DNA from: Patescibacteria group bacterium
GTDB taxonomy: Bacteria; Patescibacteriota; UBA1384; JBBRAU01
Assembly: GCA_038206475.1 (NCBI GenBank)
Contig: JBBRAU010000003.1
Coordinates: 13,852 to 77,851, forward strand
DNA length: 64,000 bases
Direction of reading: 5' to 3'
A program made the translations under genes and the position numbers. Shown piece after piece: positions 19,062 to 30,468 of the stretch (positions are counted from its first letter, which is position 1; every line of letters begins with the position of its first letter). The notes under the pieces were generated by a model, which saw nothing but the letters and a program-made list of their open reading frames with translations, was not told where the DNA came from and searched no databases.

Positions 19062-19502
19062 ATGGCAAATGTCGAAGTCATCTTCATTCAAGACGTGCCG
19101 GGACAGGCAAAATTTGGTGAGCGCAAAAAAGTCAGTCGCACTTACGCTTTGAGCGTGCTCTTGCCGCGTGGCTTGGCCGACCTGGCTGACAGTCCGCGGG
19201 CTCGTCGCTTACTTGATCAAGCCGTTTCCAAAGAGCAGGCCAAGTCGCTAGCCGATGCTGAGCTGCAAACCAAATTGCTTGCGCTCGATGGGCACACACT
19301 CGATTTTACTGAACGAGCCACCAGTGCCGCCAAACTGTATGAAAGCATCACTGCGGTCCGCATCGCCGCGCGACTGGGGGTGCCGGAAAAAGTGGTTCGG
19401 TTACCGGCGCCAATAAAGACAATCGGATTTCACGAGGTGGAGCTGCTTTGGCATGGCACGCCACTCTCACGCGTAAAAGTTGACGTCCGCGGCCGGAGCT
19501 AG
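19062..19502 (+). CDS. rplI: 50S ribosomal protein L9 (divergent)
   Basis: EVIFIQDVPG...YA...LLPRGLA N-domain; KLYESIT and PIKTIG.HEV C-domain; 146 aa. Confidence 0.8.
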   Translation: MANVEVIFIQDVPGQAKFGERKKVSRTYALSVLLPRGLADLADSPRARRLLDQAVSKEQAKSLADAELQTKLLALDGHTLDFTERATSAAKLYESITAVRIAARLGVPEKVVRLPAPIKTIGFHEVELLWHGTPLSRVKVDVRGRS

Positions 19503-19578
19503 AATACTAGAGAGAGAATAATAGTGGCCGGTCGGTTTGATCGCGTCGTTTGCATGAATAGATGTTAAGGAGGGTTTT

Positions 19579-20571
19579 GTGGCTGATCCAATAATGCCGG
19601 GTCAAGGTACACCGACACCAGGGTTGCCGATGCAGTCGCTACCGGGTGCAATACCGTCGGCACCAACACCACCGGCACCACCAAGTGCGTCTCCGGCGAT
19701 GGAGCTGCCTGATTCGCCGGCTTCAAGTACAGTGGCCCCACCGTCTATGCCACCATCAGCCAATATGTCAGCTCGGCCAATGGAGAGTTTCTCTCGCCCA
19801 CCCACTCCGTCAATGAACGGAGCTACGATTCCAGCGCCTCCGGGCATGCCAGTTCGGCCGGGAGCTCCCGGTTTTCCACCGCCACCGCGGCCAATCAGCC
19901 CGATTGTGCCGTCGCCAGCGCCGCCTTCGGCAGCACCCAAAAAGGGTGGTCACGGCATGATGTTGATATTACTCGCCGTCTTTCTGGTTCTCTTGGGCGG
20001 CGGCGGTTATTATGCCTACAGCCAAGGCCTCATTCCTGGCTTAGCCAAAACGGTGACGCCAAACCCAGTTGTCAGCATTGCTCCGGGCACGGTCGCTTCG
20101 GTGGACTTGAGCGGCAACACCGTCGCCTCAGCTTCGCCGGTTGCAAGTGCCAGTCCAGTCTTGACCGCAGACCAGCAGCGCAAACAAGACATTAAAACGA
20201 TTGGGTTGGCACTTGACCGCTACGCGGCTGATCACACAGCGACTGTGCCAAAGGCCGCCAAGGGTGTTCTCTTGAGCGACCAAACTTCTGATGTGGCGCA
20301 GGCGCTCCTCAATGGCTACCTCGGCCAAATTCCAGCCGATCCAGACACTGCGCGCCATTACACATATGCTTCAACAGACGGCAAAAGCTACACTCTTAGC
20401 GCAACGCTGGACAGCACATCGGATGCGGACGGCACGGCGATCGGCTCTAAGTTCTATTATTTGCTGAAGGGCCCAAATCCGGTTGCTGCCGAGACAACAC
20501 CGGCGGCCGGCAGCACCAGTTCCGCCACCACGCCAACCAACACTTCAAGCACCATCGTTCCTGGCCTGTAG
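19579..20571 (+). CDS. Pro-rich membrane protein with pilin/GspG-like C-terminal domain
   Basis: SD AAGGAGG; Pro-rich N-terminus, TM, then DQQRKQDIKTIGLALDRY...YLGQIPADP...YTYAS...YTLSATL. Confidence 0.65.
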   Translation: MADPIMPGQGTPTPGLPMQSLPGAIPSAPTPPAPPSASPAMELPDSPASSTVAPPSMPPSANMSARPMESFSRPPTPSMNGATIPAPPGMPVRPGAPGFPPPPRPISPIVPSPAPPSAAPKKGGHGMMLILLAVFLVLLGGGGYYAYSQGLIPGLAKTVTPNPVVSIAPGTVASVDLSGNTVASASPVASASPVLTADQQRKQDIKTIGLALDRYAADHTATVPKAAKGVLLSDQTSDVAQALLNGYLGQIPADPDTARHYTYASTDGKSYTLSATLDSTSDADGTAIGSKFYYLLKGPNPVAAETTPAAGSTSSATTPTNTSSTIVPGL

Positions 20572-20637
20572 TTGCCATTCTGGCACAACTATTGTATGCC
20601 AAGGTTGTGTTCAGGTGAGGGGAGAAAAGGATTTTGT

Positions 20638-21222
20638 ATGAGTTCAACCATTATTATATTAGCTATTGCTGTCGTGGTATTGATCTGGCTGATTTCGGTC
20701 TACAACCGCATTGCTATTTTGCGCCAACGGACTGATGAGGCCTGGAGCGACATCGACGTTCAACTGAAGCGCCGCCATGACTTGATTCCTAATTTGATCG
20801 AGACAGTTAAAGGCTACGCCAAACATGAAAAAGAGGTTTTCGAGCAGGTAACAGCCGCACGCACGGCTGCGATTTCGGCCAAATCGGTGGCTGAGCAAGG
20901 CCAAGCAGAAAATATGCTGACCCAGGCCTTAAAGAGCGTGTTTGCCGTGGCTGAAGCCTACCCCGACCTCAAAGCTTCTGATAACTTCCGCGAGCTTCAA
21001 ACCGAGCTGTCAAACACTGAAGATAAAATTATGGCCTCTCGCCGCTTTTACAACGGCAACGTTCGCGATTTAAACACACTGATTCAAATCTTTCCGAACA
21101 GCTTGGTCGCCGGTTTGCTTGGTGCCAAGGCCCGCAGTTTCTTTGAGGTTGACAGCCCGGCTGAACGCGAGAATGTGACGGTTAGCTTTGCCGACGGTGA
21201 TAAAACCGAGGACAAAGCCTAA
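20638..21222 (+). CDS. lemA: LemA family protein
   Basis: AWSDIDVQLKRRHDLIPNL, EAYPDLKAS and RRFYN motifs. Confidence 0.96.
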   Translation: MSSTIIILAIAVVVLIWLISVYNRIAILRQRTDEAWSDIDVQLKRRHDLIPNLIETVKGYAKHEKEVFEQVTAARTAAISAKSVAEQGQAENMLTQALKSVFAVAEAYPDLKASDNFRELQTELSNTEDKIMASRRFYNGNVRDLNTLIQIFPNSLVAGLLGAKARSFFEVDSPAERENVTVSFADGDKTEDKA

Positions 21223-21849
21223 GTGTCCAAAGAGCTCAGAGTACGTTTTCTCGTTATCGCTGCCTGCCTGATTGTGGCCGGTATAACGCTGCTCAGCTTT
21301 TTGTATTACCAAGGTAAGCCGCTTAATTTGAGCCCAGCTGTTTCACCCTCCACTCTGCTCGTGCCGGTGGTTGAAGGCTCAGGCACGCCGAGCGCCAGCC
21401 CGAGTGCGATTGCTTCACCTAGCCCAACTCCGTCCCTATCGCCCGAAGAGTTGGCGGCCCGGGCGGCGGTTGATCAATTTGAAGCGGCCTACAAAGCCAA
21501 AAACAAGTCGAAATTACTGACCAGTCTGATGACCGATCCGTTCAACCAAGCCGAAAAAGATGAACAGAGTCGCCTGTTGTCCGGTCAAGATACCAAAGGC
21601 GTACCGGGCGGGCCGACACTGTTTGAAAGTGCCACCGTCAGCCAAATTCCGCAGAGCTACACCGTCACCTCAGTTGATGGCGGCACCGTTGTAGTCAAAG
21701 AGCACGTCATCGCCAGCGACCAAGGCAAGACATCCCAAGCCGACCGCACGCGTACTTTTGAGCTGGTCAAGCAAAACGGCGCCGATATCGTCGATCGTTA
21801 CCTTCGCCCTGGCTCAACCGATAAGTACGGCGGCTTCTCTGTCGACTAA
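21223..21849 (+). CDS. Hypothetical membrane-anchored protein
   Basis: N-terminal TM and Ser/Pro linker; abuts the lemA stop. Confidence 0.7.
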   Translation: MSKELRVRFLVIAACLIVAGITLLSFLYYQGKPLNLSPAVSPSTLLVPVVEGSGTPSASPSAIASPSPTPSLSPEELAARAAVDQFEAAYKAKNKSKLLTSLMTDPFNQAEKDEQSRLLSGQDTKGVPGGPTLFESATVSQIPQSYTVTSVDGGTVVVKEHVIASDQGKTSQADRTRTFELVKQNGADIVDRYLRPGSTDKYGGFSVD

Positions 21850-21866
21850 ATGAGCTTTTCATGAAT

Positions 21867-21889
21867 ACCGCTGCTCCGGCAGCGGTTTT
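21867..21889 (+). terminator. Intrinsic terminator
   Basis: accgctgc-tccg-gcagcggt-ttt. Confidence 0.6.
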
Positions 21890-21907
21890 GTGTTAGTCTG
21901 AGCGTGT

Positions 21908-22792
21908 ATGTACAACCAAATTGCCGCCAATAAGCGGCGCACCGCTTTTCTGTTCGTTATCGTCTCGGCTATTTTGATTGGCTTCGGTTGGCTATTCAGT
22001 CAAATTTACGGCGACCCGATTATTCTCCCTATTTTTTCGGCCTACGCCGTGATTAACGCTTGGGTCGGTTACTTTTATTCTGACAAAATCGCGCTGGCTT
22101 CTTCCGGTGCGCAACCAGCTACCCTCGCTCAAGCGCCGGAGCTGTATCATTTGCTTGAGAATTTAACCATCTCCGTCGGCCTGCCAATGCCCAAGGTCTA
22201 TATCATCGACGACCCGGCCATTAACGCCTTTGCCACTGGCCGTGATCCGCATCATGCCTCAATTGCCGTCACCAGCGGCGCCCTCGACAAATTGGAAAAA
22301 GTTGAGCTTGAGGGAGTGCTGGCGCACGAGCTGTCGCACGTCCAAAACCGCGATATTTTGGTCATGACGGTGGCGGTCACGTTAATCGGCCTCTTGTCGG
22401 TCATTGCCCACCTTTTCTGGCGGGTTTCGTTCTGGGGCGGCCGCCGCTCAAACAGTGACAACGAGGGCGGCAATATCTTGATGCTCATCGGTCTTGTCCT
22501 AGCCATTCTGTCGCCCTTTATTGGCACGCTTATTCAGCTGGCAATTTCGCGGAAGCGCGAGTATCTGGCTGACGCCTCCGGTGTACTACTGACGCGTTAC
22601 CCAGAGGGGTTGGCTCGCGCTTTAGAAAAAATTGAACATGACAACAACCAACTGCGCTCAGCCAGTGCAGCCACGGCCCACCTCTATATTGCCAATCCCT
22701 TTAAGGGGGCCGGCAGTTTTTGGCAAGGATTGCTGGCGACCCACCCGCCAATCGTCGACCGCATCCGCCGCTTGCGTGCCATGGGGGATTAA
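21908..22792 (+). CDS. htpX: M48 family zinc metalloprotease HtpX
   Basis: NAFATGRDP, HELSH, SRKREYLADA and THPP motifs. Confidence 0.96.
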   Translation: MYNQIAANKRRTAFLFVIVSAILIGFGWLFSQIYGDPIILPIFSAYAVINAWVGYFYSDKIALASSGAQPATLAQAPELYHLLENLTISVGLPMPKVYIIDDPAINAFATGRDPHHASIAVTSGALDKLEKVELEGVLAHELSHVQNRDILVMTVAVTLIGLLSVIAHLFWRVSFWGGRRSNSDNEGGNILMLIGLVLAILSPFIGTLIQLAISRKREYLADASGVLLTRYPEGLARALEKIEHDNNQLRSASAATAHLYIANPFKGAGSFWQGLLATHPPIVDRIRRLRAMGD

Positions 22793-22794
22793 GC

Positions 22795-22970
22795 GGGTAT
22801 GACGAACAGTAGACTGATTGACTAAGACGGCCCGCTGGCCGATTTCGCGGTTGGCTTCTTGGCCGGTTGGCAGGCCTGCCACCCAGAGCTACCGGCGATT
22901 CCACCAACCGCGCGACCAATACCCGCCAGAGCATCGTCGTAAGGTATAATCTATTTATTACACCACGGGC
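22795..22970 (-). ncRNA. Candidate 6S-like rod-shaped RNA
   Basis: About 170-nt nested stems with internal loops. Several pairs are G-U on the minus strand but A-C on the plus strand. See findings. Confidence 0.45.
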
Positions 22971-23023
22971 TGCTACGAGTAACTACCGCTGGTTCCCGGC
23001 GCACTCGGCAGCTGTCAATTTAG

Positions 23024-25144
<2,121 letters not shown>

Positions 25145-25239
25145 ATTTTCTCCAATTACTAGAGACCGACATTCGCCCTGGTTAAGGGTAAGACTTTCGA
25201 TGGGTACCCTGCACGCCTGAAGTGTGGTAATCTACGGCT

Positions 25240-25554
25240 ATGTCAGAGCCGCTTAGCCCCGCCGATATTGAGCATGTTGCCGAATTGGCCCGCCTTGTGG
25301 TCTCGGCAGAAGAAAAAGAGCAGCTGCTTGGTCAACTCAACGATATTTTAGATTTTGTCGGTCAATTACAGGCGGTTGATACGGTTGGGGTGGAGCCGCT
25401 GTCGCATCCGACACTTGGCCGGCCCAACCCCACTCAGCCAGACCAAGCCACGCCAAGTGGCTTAGTGCTTGAAGAGCTGTTATCCGAAGCGCCTGATTAT
25501 GATGGCCGGCAAGTCAAAGTAAAAGCCGTCTTTACTGATACGGAAGCGGCATGA
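25240..25554 (+). CDS. gatC: Asp/Glu-tRNA amidotransferase subunit C
   Basis: IEHVAELARL and LQAVDTVGVEP motifs; precedes gatA. Confidence 0.92.
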   Translation: MSEPLSPADIEHVAELARLVVSAEEKEQLLGQLNDILDFVGQLQAVDTVGVEPLSHPTLGRPNPTQPDQATPSGLVLEELLSEAPDYDGRQVKVKAVFTDTEAA

Positions 25555-26990
25555 AGACGCTTAAGACACTCGCCGCTCAGCTCGACGTGGGCCAGAAGAC
25601 CAGTGTGGAGCTGGTGAGAGATTATCTGGCTGCCGCCCGGGCCGACAGCGGCCTGAACGCCTTTCTTTGGCAAGATGAAGAGGCGATACTGGCGCAGGCC
25701 AAAGCCTCGGACGAACGGCGGGCAGCTGGCCGAGCCGGACAGCTGGAGGGCTTACCAATCGCCATCAAAGATAACCTCTTAACCAAAGGCTTACCGACGA
25801 CGGCCGGTAGTCGCATGCTTGAGGGCTATATTGCGCCCTACGACGCGACGGTCATCAGAAAGCTCAAAGCCGCGGGCGCGATCATTATCGGCAAGACCAA
25901 TTTGGATGAATTTGCCATGGGCTCTTCAACCGAGAATTCGGGCTATGGCGTAACCAAAAATCCCTGGGACGACTCGCGCGTGCCGGGTGGTTCCAGCGGT
26001 GGTTCAGCCGTCGCTGTGGCGGCTGACTTGGCGCCAGCTGCTCTGGGCACTGATACAGGCGGCAGCATCAGGCAACCAGCCGCTTTTTGCGGTGTGGTTG
26101 GCCTGAAGCCAACCTACGGCGCCGTCTCGCGCTATGGTGCTATCGCCATGGGCAGCTCGCTTGACCAGATCGGCCCATTTGGCCGGTCGGTGAATGACGT
26201 TCGCCTCTTGCTTGAAGTGATGGCGGGGGCCGACCCGGCTCATGACGCGACCGCGGTTGGACTGAATCAGCCAGCAAAAACGGTCAACGATCTGAGAGAG
26301 ATCACCATCGGTGTGCCTAAAGAGTACTTTGGCGAGGCGATGGAGCCGGGTGTGCTCACGCAAATTGAGCAGACCATCGAGCGGCTGCGCCAAGCCGGAG
26401 CGACTGTCATTGACGTGTCGCTGCCGCATACTGAGCAGGCACTGGCAACGTACTACATTATTATGCCGGCCGAAGTCTCCTCAAACTTGGCCCGCTATGA
26501 CGGTATTCGCTTTGGCTTAAAAGTTAAGCAGGCTGGGAGTTTGCTGGATATGTACAAACAGGCGCGGACGCAAGGTTTCGGACCAGAGGTGCGCCGGCGT
26601 ATTCTGCTCGGCACATACGTGCTGTCGGCCGGCTATTACGACGCCTACTACAAAAAAGCCCAGCAGGTACGCAGCCTTGTTAAAGCCGACTTTGACCGAG
26701 CCTTTGAGCAGGTTGATGTCTTGCTCACGCCAACCTCACCGACGACAGCCTTTACAATTGGTGCCAAGGCCGACCCACTGTCAATGTACTTAGCCGATGT
26801 CAACACGGTGCCAATTAATATGGCTGGCGTGCCGGCGCTATCACTACCGTGTGGCCTCTCGAATGGCTTACCGGTGGGTCTACAACTGATTGGCAAACCG
26901 TATGACGACTTCATGCTTCTGTGTATTGCTGAAAAAATTGAGCAAATAATTGGATTCACCGAGCAGGCAAAAAGATCGGAGACAATATGA
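25551..26990 (+). CDS. gatA: Asp/Glu-tRNA amidotransferase subunit A
   Basis: GKTNLDEFAMGSS, PGGSSGGS, GTDTGGSIRQPA and SAGYYDAYY motifs. Confidence 0.98.
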   Translation: MKTLKTLAAQLDVGQKTSVELVRDYLAAARADSGLNAFLWQDEEAILAQAKASDERRAAGRAGQLEGLPIAIKDNLLTKGLPTTAGSRMLEGYIAPYDATVIRKLKAAGAIIIGKTNLDEFAMGSSTENSGYGVTKNPWDDSRVPGGSSGGSAVAVAADLAPAALGTDTGGSIRQPAAFCGVVGLKPTYGAVSRYGAIAMGSSLDQIGPFGRSVNDVRLLLEVMAGADPAHDATAVGLNQPAKTVNDLREITIGVPKEYFGEAMEPGVLTQIEQTIERLRQAGATVIDVSLPHTEQALATYYIIMPAEVSSNLARYDGIRFGLKVKQAGSLLDMYKQARTQGFGPEVRRRILLGTYVLSAGYYDAYYKKAQQVRSLVKADFDRAFEQVDVLLTPTSPTTAFTIGAKADPLSMYLADVNTVPINMAGVPALSLPCGLSNGLPVGLQLIGKPYDDFMLLCIAEKIEQIIGFTEQAKRSETI

Positions 26991-27628
26991 AAGGTGTTAT
27001 GGGACTTGCTGTACTTCTCATCGCAATTATTGGCGGTTGGTATTTGTACCAACAAAACCAATCGGCGACCAAACCAGCCACTTCAGTCAGCCCACTTGCG
27101 GCGGCTTCAAATATCGCCCTTGTCAGCGCGAGTCCGAGCCCGAGTGTTAGTGCTTCGGTCGACCAGACAGTTGTTACTTCAGCCACAATCGAAACCTCTC
27201 GCGGAACGATCACAATTGCCTTACTGCCTAAAGTAGCGCCTAAAACGGTGGCCAACTTTGCCGGACTGGCTAAAAAAGGCTTTTACGACAACCTGACCTT
27301 TCACCGTGTTGAGAGTTGGGTGGCCCAGGGCGGCGATCCAACCGGCACCGGCGGCGGCGGCCAGAGTATTTACGGCGGCACGTTTGTTGAAGACACATTT
27401 GATACTAGTAGCGCAGCCGCCAAAGCTGGCTACCAGCCAGGCGTAGTTGCGATGGCTAAAACTGGCGCCGACCCAGCTTTTGCCGGCACCAGCCAGTTCT
27501 TTATCATGAAACAAGCGCAACCGCTGCCGCTGGAGTACACCATTTTTGGCCAAGTGACGAATGGTATGACTGCCGTTCAGGCGTTGCAAATCGGCGATAA
27601 AATGACCAAGGTGACTGTCTCGCCATGA
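26987..27628 (+). CDS. Membrane-anchored cyclophilin-type peptidyl-prolyl isomerase
   Basis: APKTVANF, FYDNLTFHRV, QGGDPTGTG, SQFFI and YTIFGQV motifs; N-terminal TM. Confidence 0.93.
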   Translation: MKGVMGLAVLLIAIIGGWYLYQQNQSATKPATSVSPLAAASNIALVSASPSPSVSASVDQTVVTSATIETSRGTITIALLPKVAPKTVANFAGLAKKGFYDNLTFHRVESWVAQGGDPTGTGGGGQSIYGGTFVEDTFDTSSAAAKAGYQPGVVAMAKTGADPAFAGTSQFFIMKQAQPLPLEYTIFGQVTNGMTAVQALQIGDKMTKVTVSP

Positions 27629-28122
27629 CCGCTGACCGCCGCCAAGGCCCTTCATTTGACACTAAAGGTCAAATGAATACCCGCAAACGAAAGACCAAGC
27701 CCAGGCGCGAGCAAGCCTTCGTATGGAGCGGCTTAGTTTGGCTTGGCCGCGGCATTGGACGGTTATTCGGCTGGCGGCCGCAAACAAAAACAGGCCTTCT
27801 GCCCCTGACTGCCCACTGGCAGCAGATTGTGCTGCTATGGCATTCGCGTGATGCCCATCAGCTGCAAACCGGCCTGTTTGAAGCGGATAAACTGCTCGAC
27901 GAAGCCTTGAAGACACTCGGCGCACCAGGTGTAACCTTGGGCGAGCGCCTGAAGGCTGGCCGCTTCTGTTTTTCCTCAGACGTTGGATATCAGGCTGCCT
28001 GGGAGGGTCACAAGCTCCGCAACCGCTTGGCCCACGAACTGAGTAGTGTTACGCCGGGCGAGCTGTCACAAGGCCTGCAGGACTATTTAATAGCCTTCCG
28101 CGAGCTGGGAGTGGCGATATGA
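27625..28122 (+). CDS. Hypothetical protein (CPR-type, EADKLLD...GERLK...AWEGHKLRNRLAHE)
   Basis: Overlaps both neighbours by 4 bp; has a HEPN-like RNxxAH motif. Confidence 0.75.
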   Translation: MTADRRQGPSFDTKGQMNTRKRKTKPRREQAFVWSGLVWLGRGIGRLFGWRPQTKTGLLPLTAHWQQIVLLWHSRDAHQLQTGLFEADKLLDEALKTLGAPGVTLGERLKAGRFCFSSDVGYQAAWEGHKLRNRLAHELSSVTPGELSQGLQDYLIAFRELGVAI

Positions 28123-29522
28123 ATAATGACTATTCGGTCATAATTGGCCTCGAGATTCACGCCGAGCTGTCTACGGATACTAAAATGTTCTGCCGCTGCA
28201 ATAACGACCCGTTTGCAGCCCAGCCAAATGAGTATATCTGCCCGGTCTGTTTTGGTCTGCCGGGGGCACTGCCGGTGCCCAATGAAGAGGCCATCCGCCG
28301 CACCTATTTGGTCGGTCAAGCGCTTGGGTCACGCTTGTCGGAACGGGTTAAATTTGACCGTAAAAACTACTTCTACCCAGATTTGCCTAAAGGCTACCAA
28401 ATTTCGCAGTACGACCGGCCGATTGCCAGCGGCGGCAGCTTGCCAGTAGATGGCACCGACGTTCGCTTGACTCGGCTGCACTTGGAAGAGGACACCGGCA
28501 AACTGAGCCATATATCCGACGGCTCATTAGTTGACTACAACCGATCGGGAGTGCCGCTGATGGAGTTGGTGACGGCGCCAGTGATTGCCAGCGCCGCTCA
28601 GGCAAAAGCCTTTTGCGAGCAGTACCAAGTGCTACTGCGTACGCTTAAGGTGGCAACCGCTGATATGGAAAAGGGTGAAATGCGTTGTGAGGCCAATGTC
28701 TCGGTGCAGCCGGCCGGCTCGTTTCGGATTGCCGGCGACGACGTCATGGCAGAAGGTGAATCCAAGCTATCAGCCAAAGTTGAGATCAAAAACTTAAACT
28801 CCTTCAAAAGTGTTGAGCGGGCGATCACTTACGAGGTGGCCCGTCAAATTGAGCTGATCGAGGGCAGCGGTACGGTCGAGCAGGAGACGCGCGGGTGGGA
28901 TGAGGCCAAGCAAAAAACCGTCCGCCAGCGCGGCAAAGAGTCAGCCCACGACTACCGCTACTTTCCTGAACCGGATGTTCCGGAAGTGCTTAGCGTAGAG
29001 TATCACGGGCAAGAGCTGCCCGAGCTGCCGTGGCAGCGCCATAGTCGCTATACAGATAAGCTTGGCTTGAGCGCTGAAGAGGCTCGGATGTTTGCCGTTG
29101 ACCCGCGCAAGGCGGCCTACCTGGAGGCGGCGGTTCAGGCGGGCGGCAGACCAGCCACCGTAGCTAATATTTTGCAAAACCGGCTTAAGGGCAGCACCTG
29201 TCTGCCGGCCGAAGTTGTCGGCCAACTGGCCGCCAAAATTGATACCGGCACCATTTCGATGGCCGCGCTCAATCATCTACTGTCGGCTTTGCAGGCTGGT
29301 CAAACCCTTGACCAGGCACTGGCAAGGGGCGACCAAAGTCTGGATCTCTCAGTTATTGTTCAGGAAGCGCTGCAACAATTGCCTGGTGAGGTGGCCGCTT
29401 ATAAAGCTGGCCGGACACAGGTGACAAATGTCTTTCTTGGTGCGATTATGAAGAAAACGCGGGGCCAAATTGATCCGGCCGCCACACAAGAGGAGATTCG
29501 TCGCCAACTTGACGCCTTATGA
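28119..29522 (+). CDS. gatB: Asp/Glu-tRNA amidotransferase subunit B
   Basis: IGLEIHAEL, FDRKNYFYPDLPKGYQISQ and DYRYFPEPD motifs. Confidence 0.98.
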   Translation: MNNDYSVIIGLEIHAELSTDTKMFCRCNNDPFAAQPNEYICPVCFGLPGALPVPNEEAIRRTYLVGQALGSRLSERVKFDRKNYFYPDLPKGYQISQYDRPIASGGSLPVDGTDVRLTRLHLEEDTGKLSHISDGSLVDYNRSGVPLMELVTAPVIASAAQAKAFCEQYQVLLRTLKVATADMEKGEMRCEANVSVQPAGSFRIAGDDVMAEGESKLSAKVEIKNLNSFKSVERAITYEVARQIELIEGSGTVEQETRGWDEAKQKTVRQRGKESAHDYRYFPEPDVPEVLSVEYHGQELPELPWQRHSRYTDKLGLSAEEARMFAVDPRKAAYLEAAVQAGGRPATVANILQNRLKGSTCLPAEVVGQLAAKIDTGTISMAALNHLLSALQAGQTLDQALARGDQSLDLSVIVQEALQQLPGEVAAYKAGRTQVTNVFLGAIMKKTRGQIDPAATQEEIRRQLDAL

Positions 29523-30031
29523 TTGCAACTGAACTCGCCAACCCAATTTTAACTGTATTGCCTAAGCTGCCTGGGTTTGTCTGGGCACTTTTACTTGGCC
29601 TGGTGGTCATTACCTTCCTCAAGCTGGCGCTGGCGCAGGCGCTTCGGGTCGTCCGGCTACAGGACGGCATGCGCCAGCTTATCCTGGCTATCGCCAATGG
29701 CTTACTCTGGTTTTTTCTGGTTATTTCCCTGCTGCAAGAGCTTGGTCTGTCGCACCTGGCCCTGGCCCTGTCTGGCTCGTTTGCATTCCTGTCAGTAGCA
29801 CTCGGCACAGGTGCAACCTCGCTGGTTTCTGATTTAATTGCCGGTTTCCATTTAGCCAAGGATCGCCATTTTAAAGTGGGAGATACCGTTCGAATCGGTG
29901 AGACGGAGGGCGAAATTGAGCAGATTGGTCTACGCAAGGTGCTTATCCGCGACAGCAAAAAGCGTCTGCATATACTGCCGACAGCCGACATTGACAAGCG
30001 AGAATGGGTGCTCATTAAGCAGAGCGAGTAA
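29519..30031 (+). CDS. Small mechanosensitive channel MscS-domain protein
   Basis: 3 TMs followed by SDLIAG...FKVGDTVRIGETEGEIEQIGLRK. Confidence 0.85.
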   Translation: MIATELANPILTVLPKLPGFVWALLLGLVVITFLKLALAQALRVVRLQDGMRQLILAIANGLLWFFLVISLLQELGLSHLALALSGSFAFLSVALGTGATSLVSDLIAGFHLAKDRHFKVGDTVRIGETEGEIEQIGLRKVLIRDSKKRLHILPTADIDKREWVLIKQSE

Positions 30032-30040
30032 AGGAATATC

Positions 30041-30304
30041 ATGCAAATATCACTTCTGGTGCTGGTCTGGGTGGGAATCGCCGCCATTATTGCGCTGACG
30101 GTAGCTATTGTAGCTGCGATGGTGCGCCTAACTGCGGTGCTCAAAAATGTGGACCGGACGATGCAAAACATTACCACCGTGTCGGCTTTGGTTGAAAAAG
30201 TTGTTGAACAGGGCGGCAAGAGCATTTTCTCGGCGGTCGCCAAGAGTGATGCCATCAGGCAGGGCATTAAAACGTTTATCCAAGGCAAAGCCAAAAAAGA
30301 ATAA
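30041..30304 (+). CDS. DUF948/YtxG-like membrane protein
   Basis: N-terminal TM followed by LKNVDRTMQNI coiled region; SD AAGGA. Confidence 0.6.
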   Translation: MQISLLVLVWVGIAAIIALTVAIVAAMVRLTAVLKNVDRTMQNITTVSALVEKVVEQGGKSIFSAVAKSDAIRQGIKTFIQGKAKKE

Positions 30305-30336
30305 CGTCAATCTAAGATATGAAAGTAAGGAGCGGG

Positions 30337-30450
30337 ATGAAGCAAACAGAGCGTCTAGCGCTTGGGGCAGTTATTGGGGTGATGATAGCAGAAGTGGCCG
30401 GACTATTGTTTCGGCCGCTGAAAAAGAAACGTCGCGGGCGTCGAAAATAA
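30337..30450 (+). CDS. 37-aa YtxH-like small membrane protein (absent from the ORF track)
   Basis: SD AAGGAG; MKQTERLALGAVIGVMIAEVAGLLFRPLKKKRRGRRK. Confidence 0.55.
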   Translation: MKQTERLALGAVIGVMIAEVAGLLFRPLKKKRRGRRK

Positions 30451-30468
30451 TGAACGGAAAGGAGCATA

